64,000 nt of DNA, from the NCBI GenBank assembly GCA_963725055.1, contig CAVRXE010000004.1:809234-873233 (forward strand). The letters are read 5' to 3'. Positions 38,658 through 48,522 of this stretch are shown one piece after another. The position numbers and the translations under genes were made by a program. The notes below the pieces were generated by a model. That model saw only the letters and a list, made by a program, of their open reading frames with translations. It did not search any database and was not told the origin of the DNA. Source of the DNA: Candidatus Deferrimicrobiaceae bacterium (GTDB taxonomy: Bacteria; Desulfobacterota; Deferrimicrobia; Deferrimicrobiales; Deferrimicrobiaceae). Every line of letters starts with the position of its first letter. Position 1 is the first letter of the stretch.

Positions 38658-39819
38658 ACTGCCCCGGTCCGGACCCTACGTATACCTCGACAACGCTGCG
38701 ACCTCCCTGCCCAAGGCTCCCGGCGTGGCGAAGGCCGTCGGGGACGCCCTCCTGCGGGCCGGGAACCCCGGTCGCTCCGGGCACGCCCTCTCCATCCGCT
38801 CCGCACGCGACCTGTTCGTCGCGCGGGAGCGCCTCGCGGAACTTTGCGGGTGCGCCGACAGTTCCCGCTTCGTTTTTACGGAAAACGCGACCGTTGCACT
38901 GAATCAGGCGATCAAGGGGGTGCTCCGGGCGGGCGAACACGTAGTTACCACCTCCGTGGAGCACAACTCGGTGATGCGGCCCCTGCGCCGGATGGAGGAG
39001 GCGGGCGTTCGCGTCACGGTCGTGCCCGCCGGGAAAGACGGGGTGACGGAGGCGCGGGACCTGATCGCCGCGTTCCGGAAGGGGACGCGCCTTGTCGTGA
39101 TCGTGCACGCCTCGAACGTCTCGGGGGCGCTGCAGCCGGTGGACGCCGTCGTCGCGGAAGCGCGCCGCCGCGGGATCCTGACCCTGATCGACGCCTCCCA
39201 GACGGCGGGGTCCCTGCCGATCGACCTTTCCTCCCTGCCGGTGGACCTGCTGGCCGCCTCCGGTCACAAGGGGCTTCTCGGGCCGCAGGGGACCGGTTTT
39301 CTCTTCGTCCGGGAGGGGGTTCCGATCGTTCCGCTGATCGAGGGAGGGACAGGGAGCCGCTCCGAGTCCGATCGCCAGCCGGAATTTTTCCCCGACGCCC
39401 TCGAGTCGGGGACGCGGAACAGCGTGGGGGCGGCCGGGCTCGCGGTCTCCCTCGCGTGGATCCTGCGAAAGGGGGTCGGGACGATCCGCCGCAAGGAGGT
39501 CGCCCTCAGCGACATGCTGCTTCACGGACTATCGAGGATCCCGGAGGTGACGGTCTACGGGCCGGCGGATCCTTTGCTCCGCGGGTCGGCGGTGTCGTTC
39601 CGGGTGGAGGGGATGGACCCGGCGGACGTCGGGGCGAGGCTGGAGAAGCGAAGCGGCGTGCTGGTGCGGGCGGGGCTGCACTGCTCCCCGAACGGTCACC
39701 GCGCCCTTGGGACCTTCCCGACCGGGACCGTGCGCGTGAGTCCGGGCCCCTTCACGACGCGCGCGGAGATCGCGACGTTCCTCTCCGCCCTTCGGAAGAT
39801 CCGCGGCTCTTCGGCCTGA
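38620..39819 (+). CDS. Class V aminotransferase, cysteine desulfurase family
   Basis: YLDNAATS, EHNSV, DASQTAG, SGHKGLLGPQGTG and RAGLHCSP motifs; start uncertain. Confidence 0.9.
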   Translation: MRASFLSSRWSPELPRSGPYVYLDNAATSLPKAPGVAKAVGDALLRAGNPGRSGHALSIRSARDLFVARERLAELCGCADSSRFVFTENATVALNQAIKGVLRAGEHVVTTSVEHNSVMRPLRRMEEAGVRVTVVPAGKDGVTEARDLIAAFRKGTRLVVIVHASNVSGALQPVDAVVAEARRRGILTLIDASQTAGSLPIDLSSLPVDLLAASGHKGLLGPQGTGFLFVREGVPIVPLIEGGTGSRSESDRQPEFFPDALESGTRNSVGAAGLAVSLAWILRKGVGTIRRKEVALSDMLLHGLSRIPEVTVYGPADPLLRGSAVSFRVEGMDPADVGARLEKRSGVLVRAGLHCSPNGHRALGTFPTGTVRVSPGPFTTRAEIATFLSALRKIRGSSA

Positions 39820-40327
39820 GTTCCGCTGCCTTCGCCAGGATCGAAGTCGTCGACCGGCCGGGAAGGAACCGGATCGTCCGCACGGCGCCGCCGTGCGCAC
39901 GAACCACGTCCGACCCCACGATCTTCTTTCCTTTCCAGTCGCCCCCCTTGACGAGGACGTGGGGGATCACCTCCCCGATCAGGCGCGCCGGGGTGTCCTC
40001 GGGGAAAATCGTGACGTAGGAAACGCAGGAAAGCGAGGCGAGAAGATACGCCCGGTCCGCGGCCCTCTGCACCGGCCGTCCCTTCCCCTTCAGGCGGCGG
40101 ACGGAGGCGTCGCTGTTCAACCCCACCAGGAGAACGTCGCCCAGAGCCGCAGCGCGCCGAAGATATTGCGCGTGCCCGGCGTGCAGGAGATCGAAGCAGC
40201 CGTTGGTGAAGACGATCCGCTTCCCCTCGCTCCGGAGGCGGGCGCATAGGGCCCGCACGCTCCGGCGGGGGATTACGCGGGCCGACGGGTCTTCCGGTAT
40301 GCCCGGGTGTTCCGGTCCGCGAGGCAT
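39752..40327 (-). CDS. rfaE2: D-glycero-beta-D-manno-heptose 1-phosphate adenylyltransferase
   Basis: VFTNGCFDLLHAGH, GLNSDASVRRLKG and LVKGGDW motifs. Confidence 0.92.
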   Translation of the reverse strand: MPRGPEHPGIPEDPSARVIPRRSVRALCARLRSEGKRIVFTNGCFDLLHAGHAQYLRRAAALGDVLLVGLNSDASVRRLKGKGRPVQRAADRAYLLASLSCVSYVTIFPEDTPARLIGEVIPHVLVKGGDWKGKKIVGSDVVRAHGGAVRTIRFLPGRSTTSILAKAAELRPKSRGSSEGRRGTSRSPRAS

Positions 40328-41079
40328 GGGATCCTCCTTCGGGCTTCCAGGACGACGGCCGGGTCGATCGCCGCCAGGGCCATTCCTTCCTCTTCACCGA
40401 CCGACGCGATGCGTTCGCCGTCGGGAGAGACAATCACCGAATCGCCCGCGTAGCGGAACGGGCCCGACGGTCCGACGGCGTTCGCCGCGATGACGTACGC
40501 CTGACCTTCGACCGCCCGGGCGACCGTGAGGATCCGCCAATGGGCGCGCCGGACGGAAGGCCACTGGGACGACACGCACAGCACCCCCGCTCCGTCGAGG
40601 AAATATTTACGGGAAAGTTCCGGAAACCGGAGGTCGTAGCAGATGAGGGGCCCCACGGGCCCCACGTCCGTCGGAATCACTTCCGCGGAGAGTCCCCTCC
40701 GGAACCAGCGGGTCTCCCCCGAGGGGGAGAACAGGTGGGCCTTCCGGTACTCGCCGGTAACGACGCCCGTGGCGTTGACGACGTAGAGAGTGTTGTACAC
40801 CCCGCGCCCGACCCGTTCCGGAAGGGACCCGGCGACGACGACCTTGAGCCGCGCGGCAAGCGACCGGAGTTCGTGGAGGACCTCCGGGGTCGTCCGCGCG
40901 AGCGGAAGAAGGCGTTCCTCCGCGAACCCCGTGCTCCACATTTCCGGAAGCACGCAAAGGCGCGCCCCCCGCGCGGCCGCCTCCTCGATGAGGCGAACCG
41001 CACGCTCCCGGTTCGCGGGAACGTCGGCTACGTCGACGCGGAACTGCAGGGCGGCGGCGAGGAACGGTGGGACGGGCAT
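40273..41079 (-). CDS. Carbon-nitrogen hydrolase (nitrilase superfamily, omega-amidase-like)
   Basis: LPEMW, YRKAHLF and ICYDLRFPE catalytic E-K-C motifs. Confidence 0.92.
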   Translation of the reverse strand: MPVPPFLAAALQFRVDVADVPANRERAVRLIEEAAARGARLCVLPEMWSTGFAEERLLPLARTTPEVLHELRSLAARLKVVVAGSLPERVGRGVYNTLYVVNATGVVTGEYRKAHLFSPSGETRWFRRGLSAEVIPTDVGPVGPLICYDLRFPELSRKYFLDGAGVLCVSSQWPSVRRAHWRILTVARAVEGQAYVIAANAVGPSGPFRYAGDSVIVSPDGERIASVGEEEGMALAAIDPAVVLEARRRIPCLADRNTRAYRKTRRPA

Positions 41080-41104
41080 CGGGACTCCGTGCAGCGCATC
41101 GGGA

Positions 41105-41824
41105 TCACGGGACGGCGCGCGCGACCGTCACGACCACTATAGAGTCCGCGCCGGCGCATTTCAAGGCGCGGGCGCACGCCTCCGCCGTGGCGCCGGAGGT
41201 GAACACGTCGTCGAGGAGGAGGATTGCCGGCGGAACCTTGCGGCCTCGCGGCACGCGGAATGCCCCCTCGACGTTTTCGCGCCGGAGGATTCCCGGAAGG
41301 CGCGCCTGGGGAACCCGCTCCCGGGTTCTCGAAAGCGCCAGCGGGTCGAACGGGAGGCCCATGTGTCGCGAAAGACGGGAAGCGATCAGCGCGGGGAGGT
41401 TGAACCCCCGCCGGAGATATTTCCAGGGGTGGGCCGGTACCGGGACCACAGTCCGCGGAGCCCCGTCCGGGATCAGGTCTCTCCAAGGCCCCACGAGACT
41501 CTCGCGGAGGCGCAGGGCCACCGGGTCCGCCGGGTAGGGGCGCCCCGCGTATTTCGTCGCGACGATCGCGGCGCGGACGTCCCCCGTGTAGGCGAAGAGG
41601 GAGCGCGCGGCGTCGAACGCGGGAGGGGCGGCGGCGCAGAGGACGCATAAGGAAGGGTCCGGCGCGGGTCCGGTACCTTCGAATGCGCCGCACCGGGGGC
41701 ACACGGCGACGATGCGGGCGGGCCACCGGGCGACGGCGGAGGGCGAAAGGTCGGGGGAGGCGGGCGGCAGGAGGCCCCGGAGCGTCGCGAGGTCGCCGAC
41801 CCATTGCGCCCATGCGGAGCGCAA
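41105..41824 (-). CDS. comF: ComF family phosphoribosyltransferase-like protein
   Basis: CPRC..CVLC zinc motif, VPVP, RGFN and LLLDDVFTSGAT; TTG start at 41824 inferred. Confidence 0.85.
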   Translation of the reverse strand: MRSAWAQWVGDLATLRGLLPPASPDLSPSAVARWPARIVAVCPRCGAFEGTGPAPDPSLCVLCAAAPPAFDAARSLFAYTGDVRAAIVATKYAGRPYPADPVALRLRESLVGPWRDLIPDGAPRTVVPVPAHPWKYLRRGFNLPALIASRLSRHMGLPFDPLALSRTRERVPQARLPGILRRENVEGAFRVPRGRKVPPAILLLDDVFTSGATAEACARALKCAGADSIVVVTVARAVP

Positions 41825-41867
41825 CCGCTCCCGACGGGGCCAAGGTTGCGCGGCGACCCGCGGAGGT

Positions 41868-43196
41868 TCAGCGGAGGGTGGCGGAGACGGCGTACTCTCG
41901 ATTCCCGTGGTCGATGGCGTACCCGTTCCATGTCCCGCAGGAGGGGCATCGTGCGGTCCACTTGATGGTGGAGGAGCCGCAGGAAGAGCACCTGAAGGGG
42001 ATGAGGTATCTCCGCTTGTAGCCGAAGGCCCGCTGGTAATGGAGACTCGCCGATTCATACCGCCCCCTTCGCCGGAACGCTTCCGCGAGCAGGATGTTCA
42101 CCGACTCGCGCTCCGGGTCCAGGGTTTCGGCTTTCAACAACTGTTCCAGCCCCTCGTCGATCATCTCGAGCCGCAGGAAAAACTTTCCCATGAAGAGGTT
42201 GACGTCGTAGTCCGACGGGAATTCCTGCTGCAGCCTGGAATAGATCCGGATCATCGCCTGCGGGCGCTCGGTCTCCACGCAGAGGTCCTCGAGCTTGATG
42301 AGGAAAACGGGATTGCGCGTCGCGCGGAACCCCTGCAGCAGGGTCTCCGTCGCATCGTCGAGGCTTCGCGGCCGAAGCAGTTCAGAGAGGGCGATGTGGG
42401 CCGCGCAGAACGAAGGATCGTCCTTGATCACGTCCCGGAGCCGCCGCTCGGCGTCGTCCCCCTTCCCCTGCGCGAGGCGGACAAGGGCCTTCTCGTACCG
42501 GAGGGAGAGGAACAACGCCTGCTCGGCGCGGGAAGCGTCCTTCCCCCGAAGCTTCATGAGCTTCTTCTGCTCGTTGTACGCCTGGACCATCTCTCCGCGC
42601 GCCAGGTGGGTCTCCCGGATCGCCTCCCAGGCGCGGGGGTTCTCCTCCTCCGTCGCCTCGACGGCTTTCAGTGTCGACAGGGCGGCCTCGGGGTCGTTCA
42701 TCTCCCGGTAGAGGCGGGCCAGCCGGAAGTACACCGATATGTCCGACGGATCGATCTGCTTCATCCGTGTGAGGGCTTTCACCGCTTCGAGGGGACTGCC
42801 GAGCTCCGCCTGCGCGGTAGCGAGGAGATCCAGCGCCTCGCTGTCTTCCGGATTGACGGCAAGGCCGCGCGTCAGCTCCTTGACCGCCTCCTGGAGCATC
42901 CCCCGCTGCACCAGTTCCCCCGCCCTGGCCGCCCGCGCCCGCGCGGCGTCCCGGCGCTGCTTCTCCCGACGCTCACGCCAGTTCCGCGACGCCGCGGTCA
43001 CGTCCTTGACCAGCGTTCCGAGGATGACCATCGCCGCCCCGAGGGAGAAGGCGAGGATCGACAGCTCGCTGACCGAGACGTCCATCTGCCGGGTGGCGGA
43101 GTAGTAGAACGGCACATGCTGGCCGTTCAGCAGGGAAATGTAGGAGAACGCGACGAGGATGACGACGAAGAGCAGAAATAGAAGGCGAACCGCCAT
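41868..43196 (-). CDS. TPR protein with LapA-like TM N-terminus and LapB-like rubredoxin C-terminus
   Basis: Two TM segments, helical repeats, FRCSSCG..WTARCPSCGTWN. Confidence 0.8.
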   Translation of the reverse strand: MAVRLLFLLFVVILVAFSYISLLNGQHVPFYYSATRQMDVSVSELSILAFSLGAAMVILGTLVKDVTAASRNWRERREKQRRDAARARAARAGELVQRGMLQEAVKELTRGLAVNPEDSEALDLLATAQAELGSPLEAVKALTRMKQIDPSDISVYFRLARLYREMNDPEAALSTLKAVEATEEENPRAWEAIRETHLARGEMVQAYNEQKKLMKLRGKDASRAEQALFLSLRYEKALVRLAQGKGDDAERRLRDVIKDDPSFCAAHIALSELLRPRSLDDATETLLQGFRATRNPVFLIKLEDLCVETERPQAMIRIYSRLQQEFPSDYDVNLFMGKFFLRLEMIDEGLEQLLKAETLDPERESVNILLAEAFRRRGRYESASLHYQRAFGYKRRYLIPFRCSSCGSSTIKWTARCPSCGTWNGYAIDHGNREYAVSATLR

Positions 43197-43216
43197 CGGC
43201 GCCGTGCCCTCCGGGC

Positions 43217-43567
43217 TTATTCCTGGGGAACCGGCACCTCTGGCGCCGCCCCCCACAACTGGTCGAAGTTGTAGAACTCCCGCACGCTGTCCTGGAACAC
43301 GTGCACCACGAAATCACCGTAGTCGAGGAGCACCCATCGCCCCTCTCGAAGCCCCTCGGTGCCGAGCGTCTTGACCCCCCGCTCCTTTTTCAATGTCTCG
43401 GCGATATGCCTCGAAACGGCCTGGACCTGCCGGTCGGAACTCCCCGAGCAGATGAGAAAGTAGTCGGTGAAGCCGGCGTGCTCCCGGACGTCGAGGGCGA
43501 GGATGTCGAACCCCTTCTTCTCCCGTGCGAGGCCGGCGCATCGAAGCAGTGTGTCCCGCGTGTCGAT
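43217..43567 (-). CDS. rsfS: Ribosome silencing factor; no canonical start codon (ATC proposed)
   Basis: Manual translation IDTRDTLLRCAGLAREKKGFDILALDV..FTDYFLICSGSSDRQV..WVLLDYGDFVVHVF..REFYNFDQLWG; follows nadD; absent from the ORF track. Confidence 0.9.
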   Translation of the reverse strand: MDTRDTLLRCAGLAREKKGFDILALDVREHAGFTDYFLICSGSSDRQVQAVSRHIAETLKKERGVKTLGTEGLREGRWVLLDYGDFVVHVFQDSVREFYNFDQLWGAAPEVPVPQE

Positions 43568-43573
43568 GACCGG

Positions 43574-44248
43574 CTATCCTCTCTCTTCCCCAAGGTACAG
43601 GCCGTGGTCCGTGATGTACCGCTCGACGTCGGGCGGTACCAGCCCCCGGAGCGATCTCCCCCGCCGAACCTTTTCCCGGATGGAACGCGACGAAATGTCC
43701 AGGACCGGAAGAACCGGGCGAAACAGCCGGCGCCCGCCGGGGAGACGGTAGGAACACCCGGGAAGATTATAGCAACGGTTCCCCTCCGGTTCAATGAGGA
43801 TCCCGGGGGGAAACGACCCCTCGGGCGCGATCCCCGGCCGGGGCAGGAGCAGGAAATCGCACGCCGCGAGGAGATCGCGGTACCGGTGCCATGCGGTGAT
43901 CTCAGCGAACGCGTCGGCGCCGATCAGAAACAGGAGGTCGGCCCCCGGGTTCCCTTCCGACACTTCCCGGACCGTGAGCAGGGAGTACGACGGGCCTTCG
44001 CGACGAAGCTCGAGGTCCAGGACGGAGATCCCTTGGATCCCCGCAACGGCAGCGGACGCCATCGCAAGGCGATCCTCCGCGGGGGCCATCGGCCGGGAAG
44101 GCTTGTGTGGCGGGCGGGCCGACGGGACAAGGAAGAGGTCGGTCAGCGGGAGCCTCTCCAGAACCTCCACCGCCATCCGAAGGTGGCCGTTGTGAAACGG
44201 GTCGAAGGTGCCTCCGAAGATGGCGATCCTGCGGCTCCGCTCGCCCAC
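43574..44248 (-). CDS. nadD: Nicotinate-nucleotide adenylyltransferase
   Basis: IFGGTFDPFHNGHL, PPHK, LIGAD and ISSRSIR motifs. Confidence 0.95.
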   Translation of the reverse strand: MGERSRRIAIFGGTFDPFHNGHLRMAVEVLERLPLTDLFLVPSARPPHKPSRPMAPAEDRLAMASAAVAGIQGISVLDLELRREGPSYSLLTVREVSEGNPGADLLFLIGADAFAEITAWHRYRDLLAACDFLLLPRPGIAPEGSFPPGILIEPEGNRCYNLPGCSYRLPGGRRLFRPVLPVLDISSRSIREKVRRGRSLRGLVPPDVERYITDHGLYLGEERG

Positions 44249-45516
44249 TACTGCCGCACCTGGCCGTCGCCGAAGGCGACGAATTTCGTCGTGGTGAGCT
44301 CGGTAAGCCCCATCGGCCCGAAGGCGTGGATCTTCGTCGTGCTGATGCCGATCTCCGCCCCCAGCCCGAGCTGGTAGCCGTCGTTGAAGCGGGTCGAGGC
44401 GTTCACCAGCACGAGCGACGAGTCGACCTCGCGCAGGAAGCGCATCGCGCGGGCGTGATCGCGGGTGATGATCGCCTCCGTGTGCAGGGATCCGTGCATC
44501 CGGATGTGGTCCATCGCCGCGTCCATCGACGGTACGACGCGCACGGCGAGGATGAGGTCGAGGTATTCCGTCCCCCAGTCCTCTGCTTGGGCGGGGACGG
44601 CGGCCGGGACGAGGCGCACCGTCTCGGGGCAGCCGCGGATCGCGACGCCCGCGGCGGAGAGCGCCCTCGCCGCCTCGGGAAGGAACGCGGACGCGATCCC
44701 CTCGTGCACGAGGAGGGTCTCCATGGCGTTGCAGACGCCGGGGCGCTGCGCCTTCGCGTTCACGCAAACCCGCACCGCGAGCGGGATCTCCGCCCCCTCG
44801 TCGACGTAGACGTGGCAGACCCCCTTGTAATGCTTGATCACCGGGATGCGGGACTTCTCCGCCACGCTCCGGATGAGCCCCTCGCCTCCCCGCGGGATGA
44901 CGAGGTCGATGTACTCCTCCTTCGTGAGCAGGGCGTCGATCGCGGTCCGGTCGGTCCTCGGGATGAGGGAAACGGCGTCCTCCGGCAGTCCGGCCCCGGC
45001 GAGCGCGCCCCGAAGGATCCCGGCGATCGCCACGTTCGAGCGGATCGCCTCCGACCCCCCGCGCAGGATCACGGCGTTCCCGGACTTTACGCACAGGGCC
45101 GCGGCGTCCGCGGTGACGTTGGGGCGCGACTCGTAGATGATCGCGATCACTCCGAGGGGGATTCGCATCCGGCCGACCAGAAGGCCGTTGGGGCGGGTTG
45201 AAAGCCCCTCGATCCCCCCGAGGGGATCCGGGAGCGCCGCCACCTCGTCGATCCCGTCCGCCATCTGCGCGATCACCCTGTCGGTCAGGCGCAGGCGGTC
45301 GATCATCACGCCGGAAAGGCCGTTGGCCTCTCCCGCCGCCACGTCCCCGGCGTTTTCCGCCTTCAGGAACGCCGCCCGGTCGCGCACCCCCCGCGCCATC
45401 GCGCGGAGGGCGTCGTTTCGGGCCTCCGTCCCGGCGCGGGCCAGCCGAGGCGCCGCCTCCTTTGCCGCCCTGCAGATCCGTTCCACCAACGCCTCGGTCG
45501 TCTCGTTCGCGATCAT
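44248..45516 (-). CDS. proA: Gamma-glutamyl phosphate reductase
   Basis: [36 protein letters not shown] and GAEIGIST motifs. Confidence 0.96.
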   Translation of the reverse strand: MIANETTEALVERICRAAKEAAPRLARAGTEARNDALRAMARGVRDRAAFLKAENAGDVAAGEANGLSGVMIDRLRLTDRVIAQMADGIDEVAALPDPLGGIEGLSTRPNGLLVGRMRIPLGVIAIIYESRPNVTADAAALCVKSGNAVILRGGSEAIRSNVAIAGILRGALAGAGLPEDAVSLIPRTDRTAIDALLTKEEYIDLVIPRGGEGLIRSVAEKSRIPVIKHYKGVCHVYVDEGAEIPLAVRVCVNAKAQRPGVCNAMETLLVHEGIASAFLPEAARALSAAGVAIRGCPETVRLVPAAVPAQAEDWGTEYLDLILAVRVVPSMDAAMDHIRMHGSLHTEAIITRDHARAMRFLREVDSSLVLVNASTRFNDGYQLGLGAEIGISTTKIHAFGPMGLTELTTTKFVAFGDGQVRQ

Positions 45517-46736
45517 CGCGGTGGGGCCCCCTTCCTCGATTCGGAAACGCCGGAGTGCGGCAGGATCGTCAGGTCGTCGCGATGGACGACCTCGGCCGGG
45601 GTCTCCGGCCCGAGGAGGGCGCGGACCTCCGCGCTGCGCTTTCCCTTTCCCCGATCCACCTGTTCGCTGCCCCACCGGGCGATCCCCCGCGCGAAGACGC
45701 GCCCCCGGCGGTCGGCGATGGAGACCATGTCTCCTGGACGGAACCGTCCCTGCGCCCCGATCACTCCCGCGGGCAGGAGGCTTTTCCCCCCCTCCAGGAG
45801 CACCTTCCGCGCGCCGTCGTCCACGAGAACGGTCCCTTGGGAACGGCGGGCGTACGCGATCCACATCTTGCGGCTCGAAAGCTTCCCGGTGGCCCGCGGC
45901 AGGATGAGCGTCCCCGCGTCCTTCCCCGCCAGCGCGTCGAGGACCGATCGCCGGGAGAGCCCCGAGGTGATGACGACCGGTACCCCGGACGCCGACAGGA
46001 CCCTGGCCGCCTGGATCTTCGATGCCATCCCCCCGGTTCCCTCCGCGGAGGTATGCCGGCCGACGGCGGCCCGGATCGACGCGTCGTCGATGTCCCGCAC
46101 GACCGGGATGCGGCGGGCGTCGGGATGCCGGTGGGGATCTTTCGTGAAGAGCCCGTCGCTGTCGGTGAGCAGGATCAGCAAGTCCGCCCCGATCATCTGG
46201 GTCACGAGCGTCGCAAGGTGGTCGTTCGCCCCCCCTCCGCCCCCTTCCAGGCGGATCTCCTCGGTGGCCACCGTGTCGTTCTCGTTGACGATCGGGACGA
46301 TCCCCCGGGAGAGCAGGGTGAGAAGCGTGTTCCTCGCATTTACGTACCGCACCCGGTCCTCGAAATCCTCGTGGGTGAGGAGCAACTGCGCCACGTGGCG
46401 CCCGCGCTTCTCGAACGCCCGCTCGTAGGCCCTCATCAGGGAGGTCTGCCCCACGGCGGCGGCCGCTTGCTTGAGCGCCACCGTCCGGGGGCGCTCCGTC
46501 ATCCCCAGCTTCTTCCTCCCCGCGGCGATCGCCCCGGAGGTGACCACGACGAAGGAGACGCCCGACTCCGTCCAGGCGGAGGAGAGTTGCGCGGCGAGCG
46601 CGCGGATGGTCGGCTCCCGGAGCCCCTTCTCGGGGTCGGTAACGGTGCCGCTCCCCAGCTTGACCACGACCCGCCGGATCCCGGCGAACCGGGAACCGGT
46701 CTTCCCGCGCTTCGCGGCCGTCCCCTCAGGCGACAT
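45513..46736 (-). CDS. proB: Glutamate 5-kinase
   Basis: VVKLGS, AAAVGQ, NENDTV and GTGGMASK motifs; PUA domain. Confidence 0.96.
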   Translation of the reverse strand: MSPEGTAAKRGKTGSRFAGIRRVVVKLGSGTVTDPEKGLREPTIRALAAQLSSAWTESGVSFVVVTSGAIAAGRKKLGMTERPRTVALKQAAAAVGQTSLMRAYERAFEKRGRHVAQLLLTHEDFEDRVRYVNARNTLLTLLSRGIVPIVNENDTVATEEIRLEGGGGGANDHLATLVTQMIGADLLILLTDSDGLFTKDPHRHPDARRIPVVRDIDDASIRAAVGRHTSAEGTGGMASKIQAARVLSASGVPVVITSGLSRRSVLDALAGKDAGTLILPRATGKLSSRKMWIAYARRSQGTVLVDDGARKVLLEGGKSLLPAGVIGAQGRFRPGDMVSIADRRGRVFARGIARWGSEQVDRGKGKRSAEVRALLGPETPAEVVHRDDLTILPHSGVSESRKGAPPR

Positions 46737-47733
46737 GCGTCTCCCTCTTTCTCAGCGCCAGCATCCCGTCGAGGAGCGGCTGGATCCCCTCCCCGGTGGC
46801 CGCGGAGATGAAATGGACCTCTCCGGCGGTGTGGGGGATCGAAGCCAGCGCGCGCTCCGCGTTTTCCCGGGCTCCCGTCAGGTCCATCTTGGTGAAGGCG
46901 AGCAGGGTGGGACGGGCCGCGAGTTCGGGGCCGAACTTCTCCATTTCGTCGCGGATGGTGCAGTAGGCGGCGACGATCCCGTCGGGATCCTGCGACGCGT
47001 CGAGCAGGTGGATCAGCCCTTCCGTCCGCTCGGCGTGCCTCAGGAAGCGGTGCCCCAGCCCCACCCCCCGGTGCGCGCCTTCGATCAGGCCCGGCAGGTC
47101 CGCGACGACGATCTCCTCGTCCCGGTGGGAGACCACTCCGAGGACGGGGGAAAGGGTCGTGAACGGGTAGTCGGCGATCTTCGGGTGCGCCCGCGAGATA
47201 CGCGAAAGCAGCGTCGATTTCCCGGCGTTCGGGAGGCCGATCAGGCCGATCCCGGCGATCAGCTTGAGCTCGAGCCGCAGGCGCCGCTCCCGCCCGGGGC
47301 GCCCGGGTTCCGCCTGGTCGGGGGCCTGGTTCACGGAGGAGGTGAACGCCGAATTGCCTCGGCCCCCGCGCCCCCCCTTGGCGACCAGGAGCGTTTCCCC
47401 GGCGCGCGTGAGATCCGCGAGGATCTCGCCGGTGTCCGCGTCGGAGATGATCGTCCCTGGGGGCACGGCGATCCGTCGGTCGGGGGCCCCCTTCCCGTGC
47501 ATGTTCTTTCCCTTGCCGTGCTGGCCGCGCGCCGCCTTGAACAGGTTCCTGTACCGGAAGTCGAGAAGGGTGGAGAGGCTCGGGCTCACTTCGAGGACGA
47601 CGCTTCCGCCGTTCCCCCCGTCGCCGCCGTCGGGGCCGCCGCGGGGAACGAACTTCTCCCGGCGAAAACTGACACAGCCCCGACCACCGTCCCCGGACCG
47701 GACGGTGATCGTGGCTTCATCGATGAAGTGCAT
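46726..47733 (-). CDS. obgE: GTPase ObgE/CgtA
   Basis: [32 protein letters not shown] and [10 protein letters not shown] motifs. Confidence 0.97.
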   Translation of the reverse strand: MHFIDEATITVRSGDGGRGCVSFRREKFVPRGGPDGGDGGNGGSVVLEVSPSLSTLLDFRYRNLFKAARGQHGKGKNMHGKGAPDRRIAVPPGTIISDADTGEILADLTRAGETLLVAKGGRGGRGNSAFTSSVNQAPDQAEPGRPGRERRLRLELKLIAGIGLIGLPNAGKSTLLSRISRAHPKIADYPFTTLSPVLGVVSHRDEEIVVADLPGLIEGAHRGVGLGHRFLRHAERTEGLIHLLDASQDPDGIVAAYCTIRDEMEKFGPELAARPTLLAFTKMDLTGARENAERALASIPHTAGEVHFISAATGEGIQPLLDGMLALRKRETHVA

Positions 47734-47745
47734 GAACGGTAGGCG

Positions 47746-48003
47746 CTACGAGGCGGAGAGGACGGAAACCCTCTTGCGGTCTTTTCCCATGCGGGCGAAC
47801 TGTACCACGCCGTCGATCAGGGCGAACAGGGTATGGTCCTTCCCGATCCCGACGTTGTCTCCCGGGTGGATCGCGGTCCCCCGCTGGCGGATGATGATGG
47901 ACCCGGCGGAGACGGCCTCGCCGCCGAACCGTTTCACGCCGAGCCGCTTGCTCTGGCTGTCCCGCCCGTTTCTCGAACTGCCGACGCCTTTTTTATGCGC
48001 CAT
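47746..48003 (-). CDS. rpmA: 50S ribosomal protein L27
   Basis: [21 protein letters not shown]. Confidence 0.98.
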   Translation of the reverse strand: MAHKKGVGSSRNGRDSQSKRLGVKRFGGEAVSAGSIIIRQRGTAIHPGDNVGIGKDHTLFALIDGVVQFARMGKDRKRVSVLSAS

Positions 48004-48028
48004 GGTGTCCTGGCCCCTTCTCCGCGGG

Positions 48029-48343
48029 TCAACTGACCCGGATTTCGGTCACGGAAAGCGTGGTGAACGGCTGGCGGTGCCCCTGTTTCTTCGAGAAGCC
48101 CTTCCGTCTCTTGTACTTGTAAATGGTGATCTTCTTCCCCTTGCCGTCCCTGACCGCCGTGCAGATCACGGCGGCGCCCTGGACGGTGGGAGTCCCGACG
48201 GTGGTTCCCTGGTCGGTCGATACCATCAGGACGTCCGTGAGTTCGACGGTCGCGCCGGGCTCGACCGGAAGCTTCTCCACGTTGACGACATCGCCCGGGG
48301 AGACGCGAAGCTGCTTCCCCCCTGTGCGGACAACTGCGTACAT
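48029..48343 (-). CDS. rplU: 50S ribosomal protein L21
   Basis: [21 protein letters not shown]. Confidence 0.98.
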   Translation of the reverse strand: MYAVVRTGGKQLRVSPGDVVNVEKLPVEPGATVELTDVLMVSTDQGTTVGTPTVQGAAVICTAVRDGKGKKITIYKYKRRKGFSKKQGHRQPFTTLSVTEIRVS

Positions 48344-48381
48344 AGGATATTGCCCTCCATCCGGTTCGATAAGAACAAATT

Positions 48382-48410
48382 ACTATAGGGAAAGAGGTTT
48401 CTCCTGTCAA
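48382..48410 (-). promoter_or_regulatory. Sigma70 promoter of the rplU operon
   Basis: Minus strand TTGACA-N17-TATAGT. Confidence 0.75.
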
Positions 48411-48522
48411 CTTCGAAAATCGTCACGTGAAAACCGGCAGCGGGGTGGAACAACGGGAAGTAGAAGGCTATATACTACAACGGGTCGAGACGTGAAGGAA
48501 TGCCGGGAGAGAGGCGGACATC

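Noticed and set aside
39752-39819. 68-bp convergent overlap of rfaE2 and the desulfurase gene
   Set aside because: The tail looks like simple run-on sequence, which is common in GC-rich genomes
24549-47742. Many long Arg/Pro/Gly-rich overlapping ORFs (e.g. 25636-27456 minus, 37002-38621 minus, 45198-46811 plus)
   Set aside because: These are stop-poor shadow frames expected in high-GC coding DNA and carry no protein motifs
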